63,886 nt of DNA from the NCBI GenBank assembly GCA_000708835.1, contig DF237473.1, positions 1 to 63,886 on the forward strand. The letters are read 5' to 3'. The notes below the pieces were generated by a model that searched no databases, was not told where the DNA came from, and saw only the letters and a program-made list of their open reading frames with translations. The position numbers and the translations under genes were made by a program. Below, piece after piece: positions 35,101 to 45,900 of the stretch. How positions within the stretch are numbered: the stretch's first letter is position 1; each line of letters opens with the position of its first letter. The DNA comes from Klebsormidium nitens (lineage: Eukaryota > Plantae > Klebsormidiophyceae).

Positions 35101-37626
35101 TTCCATCACTTTCTGGTTCGAAACCCTATCGGATTGCTCCTTTTGGAGATAATCTGGCGAAAATGTGGGTTTATGTCGGACGGTCGCAGGCGTGGTCGAC
35201 AGTTTCGTGCAAACTTTGCGCGAAAAGAGCTCTCTAAAAATAACACGGTCGAGGTGAAGGTGACCGCGTCGTTTTCATCAGGTTCTGAGTTCTGTGCTTC
35301 GTATGTGCTTGAAGAGTGTACCCTGGAACGTGCTTTGCCGCTCGTCCTTTTTGGCCAACGGCCGAAAAGCTTGGTTGACTATTACAGTCAAGGTACGGAT
35401 TCCAAAGTCTGAAATCCTTAAATCCTTTCAATACAGTTGATCGACGTGACGAAGCTCCCGTGCTTTGCTGATTTCAAGGACAACATTCAGAACGTGTGAC
35501 TGACACGTGGCACCTCAACTTCCCACCCACTTGACATCTGGAAGCTCTCAGCGAATCATCAACCTTAAGTTCCTGTGTTATGCAGTTTGTTGACGTGACG
35601 AAGCTCCCGCGCTTTGCCGAGTTCAAGGACAAGATCGAAAGCGACCTCGTTACGTCGCCTCTCTACGACCCATCCCTTTGAAACCACGCAGACTCTGAAA
35701 TCCAAAACCCTGATGCCTCCAAACCCTTTTGATGCAGCTGATCGACGTGACGAAGCTTCCGCGCTTTGCCGCCTTCGCCGACAAGATCCAGAACGTCTAC
35801 TGCGACCTCGCCACGTGGCCCCTCTGCGACCCGTCCCTTTCAATCCACGAAGCCTCAAAAAATGCAAAACCTTATAACCTCAATCTCCTCCATTACAGTT
35901 GATCGACGTGACGAAGCTGCCGCGCTTTGCCGCCTTCGCCGACAAGATCCAGAACGTCTACTGCGACCTCGCCACGTGGCCGCTCCACGACCCGTCCCCG
36001 TGGAACCGCGAGGACCACATGCGCAACGTGACGATGGACGCGGTCGAGAAAATAGACGACGAAGATATTGCGATGATGGGCGATTTGGACGAGTTGCCGA
36101 AACCGGCGGTCGTGCACGCGTTCAAAACGGACGCGGAGCAAAAGTTCCCGCTCGTGCTGCACATGCCGCTCTACCGGTTCAGCTTCGGGTGCATCGAGCC
36201 GCGGTTCGAGGGGGAGGAGCAGTGGCCCGGGACAGTTGGTGAGGGTTTGCTTAACCCACTTGTCAAATATTTTATCTCAAAAGAACTCTGAGCTTAACCT
36301 GACCCGGTTCAGCTTCGGGTGCATCGAGCCGCGGTTTGAGGGGGAGGAGCAGTGGCCGGGAACCGTCGGTGAGGGTTCGCTAAACCCATATTTGTAGTGG
36401 ATTTAACCCAATGGTATCCTCGGGCTCTACCTGCCTTGCTTTAGCTTCGGGTGCATCGAGCCGCGGTTCGAGGGGGAGGAGCAGTGGCCGGGGACTGTCG
36501 GTGAGGGTTTGCCTAACCCACCTTCGTAACGAGATTATAGCAGAGGCGCCGTTTACCTCTGTTTCCCCCTTGGTTGGACCAATACTAGCCCAATCTTGAC
36601 CCTGGGCTTAACCTAGTTCAGTTTGGCATTTTCTGCATCATCTGCGGTTCGAGCAAAGAAAGTAGCAGTGATCGAGGACCGTTTGGTGAGGCTCGCGTTC
36701 GTTGAAAGTAAATGGACTTCAAATTTCCTCGTAAAATGACATGCTCGAGTCTCAATGCACCGTCTGTTTTCAGACGTTTGGGGGCATCAAGGCACTCGTC
36801 GAACACAAACGTATGGGTCGGTCTAAAATCCCTCTTTGCATACAAGACTGTGATCATTGAAGGAGATTGAGGTTCAAAGCAAGGGACGTCTTCTGTAGAA
36901 GGGCGCTGAATCTCAGTGCTGCTACGCTCGAGCAATCACATAGTTGCGACTCCAATTTGCTATCGGTGGGCGATGCACAACTCGAGACAACTAGTCAGGC
37001 GGGAATTCATGGTCCGAGATCTGTCTTCTTTGTTTCTCCCCTTTGTGTCGGTTTGCTGTAACGCTTCGGCAGAATCTTTGAAACGAACCCCTAAACATAG
37101 GATACTTCCAGACTCAGTTTCCTCACGTACAGTTCTCAAAAAGAAAACTCCTTCAAGGATGCCCATTAGGCGGGAAGGGAGGGACGTGCCTCACTATCCA
37201 ACCTCGGTTACCTAGCAGCCCCGGTAATCAGTGGGTTAATCAAACATGGTGACCTTAACCTTCTCCCTTTCGTTTGCAGTTACACTCGGCAAATATATTC
37301 GCGACGGCCACCCAGACGAGCACATCCGGAAGATGCACAAGTCGGGGCAACTAGTCAGGCGGGAGCTCCGCAACCACGCTGACGTCACCATCAAGTGCGG
37401 CGGGTGGCACTGCAGCTCGTGCATGCCTCTGCCCACGTATATCAACAAGATCACCCAGTACTCTCACGGCGGGGAGATTCCGAAGGAGTTTAAGGACCCC
37501 CGTTTGGCGCAGGATCAGATCGAGACCTGCTTGTTTGGGACGTTGTCTAGGACGCGGTCTCTCGCAGGGTTGCCGCCGGTGTTGTTCGAGGAGAAAGAGA
37601 AATTTGGGTATTTGCTGCCGCTTTGA
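32154..37626 (+). CDS. GT17 family beta-1,4-N-acetylglucosaminyltransferase (MGAT3-like), type II membrane protein
   Basis: Exons 32154-32459, 34368-34601, 35899-36238 and 37280-37626. N-terminal transmembrane segment. Motifs: RKVYDVFTFLDELDSLEIRLRTLAPVVDKFV, WNREDHMRN, MGDLDELP, GGWHCSSC, KITQYSH. Confidence 0.9.
33240..37015 (+). repeat. Echo stacks around GT17 exons 2-4
   Basis: Exon-2 acceptor copies at about 33245, 33490, 33710, 33957 and 34140; exon-2 donor copies (caccgtcgaggtga) at about 34785, 34950, 35080 and 35250; exon-3 acceptor copies at about 35435, 35585 and 35735; exon-3 donor copies (gcttcgggtgcatcgagccgcggtt) at about 36310, 36465 and 36640. Confidence 0.9.
33886..34250 (+). 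repeat. Young ~182-bp tandem duplication that itself contains an exon echo
   Basis: The unit starting gccgcaactagtgaagaa occurs at about 33899 and 34081; the two units differ at only about 10 positions. Confidence 0.9.
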
Positions 37627-39719
37627 GGTTTGGGACGGTTCGTTAGGGCGTTAGAGGGACTGCCGTAACGTCGAGCGCGCCTTGCAAAGACTAGAAGCCC
37701 TAATTGGGCTCAGCCTGTGAACAGTGTTCGGTTGACCGAGGTAAAACAGAAAAAGTGTCAGGCCGTATGGCCGTGTGAACTTTCAAGCCATGTCCCTTTC
37801 ATTATGGAGTAGCTCGATCGAAATACGGAGCAGGCTCGACTGCTGGTGCGCTGCGTTGTTTGCGGGCACCGTGAGCAGATTTTACGTGATTATCAAATCC
37901 TCAAAGAGGCCACCCACTGGTAACTTAGTATAGTCCTCCGTCCATACTAACCGTTGGTACTAGCTTGCGTCTACGAATTGTGTCACTGCGCCTTGGTCAA
38001 TCATGCATTCTTCCAATTCCGTTGATCGACGTGATCGGATCCAATCATCATGTGCGAGCATCGGTGGCCCCGGCCAGTGTGCGATCGATTGCGAGGGCCG
38101 GTGAGTACATAGGTCATGAACACGTTCAGTTTGCAGAAGTTGTTAAAGTTGAGAGATCAGTACGGGCCGGAGCCCGGCCCGGAATTCTGCAGGCATTCGC
38201 GAGCTAGTAAGTAGTGATCTGGGCTTACGGATCCCCAAGTTCATTGCATTCTCTATGTGCCGGCGCGCCTTACGTTCAACCGTCGGGACAAGGCGCAGCA
38301 GGCTCGATCCGACAGCATGCATGGGTCCGGCCGACAAGCGGGGCGCGCACTAACAACTGTGTCCCTTATATTCCGTACAGAGACTCCGAGCAAATTAACT
38401 AGCGGGCCCCTAACCCAGCATCTCATTACGCTTCGCCCCCTAACCCACGTTACCTTAACCACCTGGCCAACCCGACCCGTCCCTTGGGCGCTTGTCTTAA
38501 AAAACACCACGGTTAGGGCACAATAGAGTTACCCAAGTTGAAAATGGAGTTAGTGAGACGGTCCCTTCTGAGAGCTTGGATCCGCAGGGGACACCGTGAT
38601 CGACGTCGGAGAATCTGATGCATTAGCACCATTGTTCCGAGGTAAATAGAACCCGTTCGAGCTGTTCACCCAAAAGTCTGGTATCTTGATTCGAGGCCGA
38701 GATACAGTTTTCAACATCCAACGGCAACCGCATTAGAGTCACGAGGTGTACTCATGTTCGCTGGTTCCGATTCATGGGCGTATTTGTTGAAGGAACAGTT
38801 GGTAACCTGCATGAGCTGTCGCAGTTTCATTGCGACTTTCAAGGTCTTCTCTTGACGCTTGAATGCATGGAAGCGGCTATATCGACATGAAGATTCACGC
38901 CTGTTGCAGCTCTACGAATCTGCTCGAGCTTTTTCACTTAATCGAGGTCTAGCTCCCGTTGAGCTTAGGCTCATTCTCAGAAGCTAAGGGAAAAAAGGGC
39001 TGTGACTCAAATCGACTCAAGGACCTGAGTGCCTTCGAGGATGGGGTATGTTCTCTGAGGCTTTGCATTTTGAAGCTACTATCTAGCCTATATAAACAGA
39101 GCAAAATGAACGCATTGGATCAAAACACGCGAATCATCGGCAAGAATTGTCAAGAATTTCTGACATCCAACATTTCAAGCCTTTACCTCAAATAAGGCGA
39201 CAACACCAACCGGTCTTACGTCTCCATTCGACCAAGCACACGTACAATGGCCGCCAATACTGCGCCGAAGCTGATAATAAGTGATTCTCTTCTTCGAGAT
39301 GGTACAGTGTATGCATTCCCCAGAAGGAACTTGCGCACCCTTAAGGAATGCTTGCGTATGCTCCTTTGCAGGCCCGTTCCAATCGCTTTCTGAGTCCCAA
39401 CGAGTAGAGCTCATTGAATGAAAATAGATGCTGCCCCTAGAATAGACAGCTCGTGGATCTTTCTTCTATAGTTCTTCTTTGAGATTCCACGCCTCTCAGA
39501 CGTCTCGATTGGTTATTCTGGCTAATTATGCAGAACCGCTATACCGAACTCTTGTAAATGATAACACGAACTCATCTGTTCATCGATTTGGAATTGGTAA
39601 TTAGCGTAAGCTAGGATTACACTCATCCCGTTCGTTGCATTCAAAGGGATCCTCCGGACGTCTAAGCACAACCTAACGTCCGCTTATATGTGGAAATCTC
39701 TCTTTGCTATGACGACGTC

Positions 39720-39830
39720 ACATACGGGTGATGCTGACGCTCGCGTTCGCTCTTTTGGCGCGCGTGGAATCAGCTGGCAAAGTAAAGCTGGAGTGCACTC
39801 ATATATTTGACTTGCAGCTCATTGCTCCTT
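39720..39830 (+). repeat. Echo of the first dirigent-like exon
   Basis: atgctgacgctcgcgttcgctcttttggcgcgcg...gctggagtgcactc...tttgacttgcagct vs the true exon at 39858-39945. Confidence 0.8.
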
Positions 39831-39857
39831 CTGCTTATATGACATGATGTGCAGGTC

Positions 39858-41533
39858 ATGCTGACGTTGGCGTTCGCCCTTTTCGCACGCGCGCAATCCG
39901 CTGGCGAAGTGAAGCTGGAGTACACACAATTCGACTTGCAGCTGCGAGAGATTGAGACGCCTGAGACTGTGAACTCGACGGGCACTACTTTTGGGAGCGA
40001 TGTGGGACTAAAGTGAGCGATTAGTAACCAGCTCTTTTGTTATAGTATTGCTTCGGAGAAAGACTATTAAGCATGCAAAAAATCCCTTATGCAGGAGAGA
40101 CTCTTCCTAGGGACCCCAAGCTCAAAAGCAAAAGGTATCAAACTTGAAACTGTTCTCTAAGCATCAATACTATTCCATTTCAAACGTTCCAGTCCACTCT
40201 GAGCAGCAGAGCAGAAGACGTCCTCTTGACAACTAAAATACTTCCGTTTCCCGACAAGAACCGCTTTCTTAGAGTGTACGCTTCTGCTGAATCTGCGTGT
40301 TTGTCCCCCTGGTTTCGAAGCTACATCAGAAAGCAATCCACCCCTAACAAGCCTAGGATAGATGCCTTTCCGCTAGAAGAGATTGGTAATTAGCTGGTTA
40401 GCTGGTTAGCTGTGGGTTTGAAACCCTTCAACCTTTTGGTTGGGAGCGGAAACTTCGTGTGACGAGTCGAGGCACTCGTTTCATAACGTGAACCTGTTCC
40501 ACGTCTCTCAAAATCATGGCTAACGACGTCTGTATGTGGAGCTGTCTCTTGACGGTAGGAGTTTTGAGCATGTTATAGGGCCATCATGTCAACTGCGGAA
40601 CGTAGGGTTAACACTCTGGTCTGCCCGTAAGGCGGTGACGTCAGCATGACTTGTTGAAAATCAGTATATGGTTCGCGCTGGCCATCTGGTGTGACTTTGG
40701 CTCACGTCCTCTCATGTTTTTCCAACGTCACAGCAACGTCATCCAAGACTTCCGCACGAACGAGACCTTGGGTCGGCTCCAGGGCTTTTGCTTCGTGACA
40801 GCTGGCCTCACTGTGACGGGCCAAATACAGTTCGAGTGCCTCGGCACAATCATCTTCAGCGCGGACAACTCGTCCTTCTCCATCACGGTACGCACCATCG
40901 AACTCAAGAAAATAAATAATAAGCGGAGATAATAAGAAGGTAACCGCTCTGGACGGGTAGGGTTAGTCTGACGTGGTTAGGGTGGGTATGGGTGCGGAGC
41001 AGGTATCTTTTCGGGTAACGGTTTTGAGTGTTAGTTGAAGCTTGTTATGATTGTGGCTTATAACTACCTGTCGTGAGTTGTATGTACGCACCGGCCCCGC
41101 TTTAGAGGTTGCGTTTGAACTCCCAGTTCTCTAGAACTCAATCGGGCTCAAATTTCGATTAGAACGAAGCTGACATTAAAACTTAACCGCCACAAATCAC
41201 CTGCTCCGAACCTGTGCCCATCCTAAACTCCCTTCTTAACCCTACCCATCTCAGGGAGGTTATCTTGCCATATCTGGCGCTCGATTTTAAACTGTGCAAA
41301 AGATCATCTGAGTTAGGCGCCTTATTATTGCTCATGTGCAGGGCCCCTTCAACCCGATGATCCCAACCGACCAAGCCGTCATTGGCGGCACGGGCCGCTT
41401 CTCCGGCGCAACCGGTGTCGCTCGCCTTAGCACTCTCGTGAACAGCCCTACCGATGTGCCACCTTCGATCTTCGCCTTCAACGTCCGCCTTTTTGCGCTG
41501 GCCCGCCCCATCCAGTTGCCGGCACTTCGTTAA
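39858..41533 (+). CDS. Small secreted dirigent-like / allene-oxide-cyclase-barrel-like protein
   Basis: Exons 39855/39858-40012, 40734-40887 and 41342-41533 join in phase: MLTLAFALFARAQSAGEVKLEYTQFDLQLRE...GSDVGLNNVIQD...LGRLQGFCFVT...FECLGTIIF...SITGPF...AVIGGTGRFSGATG. Hydrophobic N-terminus and an AxxGGTGxFxGAxG motif typical of the DIR/AOC barrel. The start may lie in a further upstream exon (acceptor at 39854). Confidence 0.75.
40955..41247. mobile_element. MITE-like element: ~65-bp imperfect inverted repeats around a ~160-bp core, in intron 2 of the dirigent-like gene
   Basis: Left arm 40955-41023 (gggtagggtta...gggtgcggagcaggt) is an imperfect reverse complement of right arm 41185-41247. 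No TSD recognised. Confidence 0.5.
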
Positions 41534-42977
41534 CTACGCCTCCTGTTAGGTGAAGTTTGCTGGTCAAGTTTAATTCCTACAAGAACCGGGCAAGAACCTG
41601 ACTCTGAACACCGAAAGATTCGTTGTTTGTTTTCTGAACACCTCGCAATTCCCCGCAGGAATCAACGCAGTAAACGCACAAATGAAAGCTGTCGAAACAA
41701 AATACGATTGTTTGAGCCTCTTGAATGCCGCCCTCACTGAGTCATCCATGCAAAGTATTCCACGGCAACTTGGGTTAAAGTGCGCAGCTGCAATTAATGA
41801 AGTTCCCTCGACATAGTATGATTCGTTGAAGAGGGCGCATTACTGGTTCAATCGCCAAATGAAAGAGTTGAAGTCAGTGACATATTGCAGGCCTGCCGCC
41901 GCCAACTATTATAGTTTGTGAAATTTGTAGCTCGGCGCGCTGCATGGTTGGCTCATGGCTACCATGCACTCGTGAATGTATGATCGCGGATATCGTCGAG
42001 CTACACATATAGTTTGTGTGAATTTCGGAGAGCTATTAAAGTTCCGGCCTGCATCATTGCTGGCATGGTGCACCGTAAGTTATAGCGTTAGTCATTAGTA
42101 CGCATCATGCAACACGGTTCTAACTAGCAAACTTAAAGTGAATGAGCTGTTGTTCGATCAGTGACCGTGCATGAGAATTGCAGTTCATTAATTAGTCACC
42201 GACAAGTCACCGACAGCCATGCATGGCCGGCCGCGGAATAACCTGGTGACCAATTTAGCTATAGTAGGCCGCCCCATGGGCACTGCACATGCAGTTGATT
42301 ACGTTAACATCATGGCATACGTACCCACTGCATGCAACGATAAGTTTCGGTCTGATTACGCTTACTGCAGTACGGTAGATTCAGAGAATCAAGTTTTTCC
42401 AACCGTGGGTATAATCTCATGGTACTTACGGTGTTCAGTTCTAAGTGCGCTGGCAGATGATGGTGCAGCACATCATATGCGCGGCATGTGTCTGCATGGA
42501 AGCCGGCATGCAGCCGACGACCACTGGCAGACTGCGATCCGACACGGTCATCCGCATCGAACATGGTGTGGCCGGGCAAGTCCGAGTCATAATTCAGATC
42601 GGAATGATAGTGCCATCATTCAGAACTGATTACCATCGCGCAATTTCAGCAGCGCTGCACAAAGATATTGAATGCATGGGTGCAATTCACATAGAAGAAT
42701 CATAGCTGCGCATTGCTGACACTGATGTGCCTTGAGTGGTAAACGTGGAGAAGTTTGCAAAGGGCTTTGTTTCGCTACCAGCTAGCATAACCAACATATT
42801 GGTGGTCGCCACAAATGACTGTCGACACTAAGTATGTAACACCTCACGATACGCTCCAATAAAAGTAAACTCGCCATCAAAACCCGTCTACATGACTCTG
42901 TTATCTGCCATCAGGATATCACGTCGTCACATACAACTCCTGAGACACAAGGTTGCGTCTTCAGAACCCGCCGCTTC

Positions 42978-45900
42978 TCACTGCTTGTTCTCGCTCAAAG
43001 ACCCGGTCGTCAAGATCTCGTTCAAGCACCGCCGCATCTTCTCGAGCGAGATTGGCTTTAGCAGCACGCCATCCATTCCCAATTTCAGGCACTTCTCCCG
43101 GGTTCGCTTGTCCGTGTTCGCTGTTAGGGCGACCATCAACGGGCGTTCGTTCTTGCTGAGTCGCTCTTGGATACGCGTCGCGACTTCATACCCGTCCATG
43201 TCCGGCATCAGAACGTCCAAAAGGAGTACCTGAAAAGATGTCGGTTGGCAGTCTTGTCAGCAGATGGGAGCCTAGTATGTGTGTCTACGACAGTACATCG
43301 TGTTCAAGGCTTTCTAAAGCTTGAACCTAAACCAAAAACGAGCATCCTTGAACGAAGTGCTATGATTGGAAAGTAGAATGTGATTTAGTTTGAATACGAA
43401 GTGGGGGCCTAATTCAAAACTTGCTCTAAGGGGAGTGATGCCTGATACTGATACCAAGAATATGCCAACTTCTTCGGTGCTGCATTTCGTTCTTCATCCG
43501 CTAAATAGATCCTCGAAGGCTTGGAAAGGAATGCTGCACCACGCAGCGTAGACGAGAAAAAACAACAAGCAGAATCATCGTTCTGACCAGTTGTTGAGTT
43601 GTTGAACGACTTGAAAAATTTAAACGAATGAAACCAGCATTCCTACCTGGTACTTTTGGTCCGGTTTTGCAATTGCTGCCAGGCACTCCCGCCCAGAGCC
43701 CACCACCGTGACGTCACACCCCAGGCGGATGAGAAGACCACGTGTCACCATCCGGTTCACACTGCGTAGATCAAAGGGTTAAAGTTTGAATTAACGAGCA
43801 AACTGGCACCCCAGTACAACCGGACAGGTCTACTTGATAGCCGCGATTGTGAAGGTCCGGGTATGCAGCAGCAGCAAGCTTCTCGTGAAAGCGTTTCAGA
43901 GGGCTGTGCAGACAAGCTTCTCGTATGTGCGGAACACATAAGCGCGAGCAGACTTCTAGAAGGGTGGAAGGTCGGAGGCATTGAAAGGAAATAAAAAGCT
44001 GAACGTGGAAGTCCGAATTGCCAGCTCAATCCGCAAAGGGACTTCAGCCCACGACTGCCTCACATAGGGAAGGGAAGGAGCACACGAAGCTTTCGGTCTG
44101 TCCACAAGAATGAGTGTTCAATCTATCAACTAAGAGTCACTAAAAGCCACACCGCATCAGTCCCGGTTCGGTTTCCGAGGCTCACAGATAAAGTTTTCGA
44201 CGACCCACCTGTTATCATCCGTAACCAAGACCCTAACCCCCGCAAAGTCGGTCCGGTTCCGAAGCGAAGGGGGTGCGCTTGTGGCAGCGGCCTCGACCTG
44301 GGCTATGGGCAACCCCAGCTTAACCACGAAGGTTACCACGGAACCCCTCCCGATGCCCTCGCTCTCCAACCAGATGTGTCCGTCCATGAGGCTCACAAAC
44401 CTGGACAAGGTCAGGAAACGGGTTAAGTGTTTGTTTACACTCTTCTTGGACTCTATCGGAAAGCAATCAGGACGACTCTGAGCTTACTGAAAGAGCAAAT
44501 GCCGAGAGATGGGCGTGCCAACCGTTTGGTTAACAAAGAAGGTTCCACAAACCCCTTCTTGGTGCCCTCGCTCTTAAGCGAGATATGTCCGTTATGGGTT
44601 AACAGAAGTGGAGACACCAAACCGATTCAGTAATTGGATCGAACTGGTTGATGACCAAGAAACGGCTTAACCACACAAGTCAACACAAAACCTTTTTCGA
44701 TGATACGACCCTCACCGTTTGCAAATTGCGAGGCCCAGTCCGGTTCCCCCTCCGCTCCTTCCCCCGGTTCCGTCAGGCTGCGCAAACTTGTTGAACAGCT
44801 TCGGAATGGTGCTCGGGTCGACGCCCCGACCAGTGTCCTTCACCTGTTGATGACGTTAGTTGGGAGTCAGCACTGGTTTGCGATTTCACCACGGCTGATA
44901 TGGACTGGCGACGAGTCCGTAGTGGTCTGCAATGAGTAGCCCCACTTAGTGCCCTTTCTTGAAGTTCGGGGACTGAAACCAGAATCCCATTTCACAACAA
45001 GCCAGAGAAGCTGTATTTCGCATCGGTTACTGAGAGGCTTACCAAGTGGTTGTCGAGGAGCATTTACTTCAAAACATGGGAAGTGCCACCTTTACGGACC
45101 TTATTCCGGACGAAGTGGAAGACCGTTCACTTGGTTTCAAAAATAGATATTGGTTAGTGAAGTCTACAGTAGTTCGGAGAAACTTTCCCAGTGGGAGCTA
45201 TGAGGCAGAAAGTTCTTAACTGCACCTTACTAAAGCCGTGTCCGGTTGAAACCCAAAGCCAAACTAGACAACGGTCAAGCGAACCTGAGACGCTCGGAGC
45301 AATCAACCGGGCGTCGAATCTCACCTGAACCCTGATGTAAATGTACTCGGTGGTATTCACCGGTTGAAAGTCGGGGGTGTTTGGGTCCCGCTCTAGTTCC
45401 GGCCGTTCGAGGCAAACCGTCATGGAAATGGAGCCCTCTTTCGTAAACTTGACGGCGTTCCCGACGACGTTGAGCGCCGTCTGCATGAGGCGCTTGTCGT
45501 CCCCAGTGACGAGCTCCGGGACGTCGGCCGCGATTTGGTTAGTCACGACGAGCTTCTTGACCGAGGCGATCGGCTTGACCAAGTTGGTAACCTGCATGGA
45601 GTATGATTGGTATTGTTAAGGTCTCGTGAATATAAGATTCCGGGGGATGTAAAGCGGGTTTGCATGACGCACTTGTTGACTTGGTCACGAGTTCACGAAT
45701 GTCGGCAGCAATTTGTTGCGTCACAACGAGCTTCTTGACTGAAGCAATGGGCTTGACCAAGTTGATGACCTGCAGTAGAATTAGAACGGTATCGTTACGA
45801 TCTCATAAATGCATGTTGCTAGGGTATGTCAAAGCGGGTTTGCATGAGGCGCTTGTCGTCCGCGGTGACGAGCTCCGGAACGTCGGCCGCGATCTGTTGC

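Noticed and set aside
33240-37015. CRISPR-like or satellite array suggested by recurring 30-100-bp motifs
   Set aside because: The repeats are degenerate copies of adjacent exon ends with irregular spacing; there is no constant repeat/spacer structure and no cas genes.
38540-39420. Minus-strand frame with a FEVK (nuclease-like) motif
   Set aside because: Single short motif among many stops; insufficient evidence.
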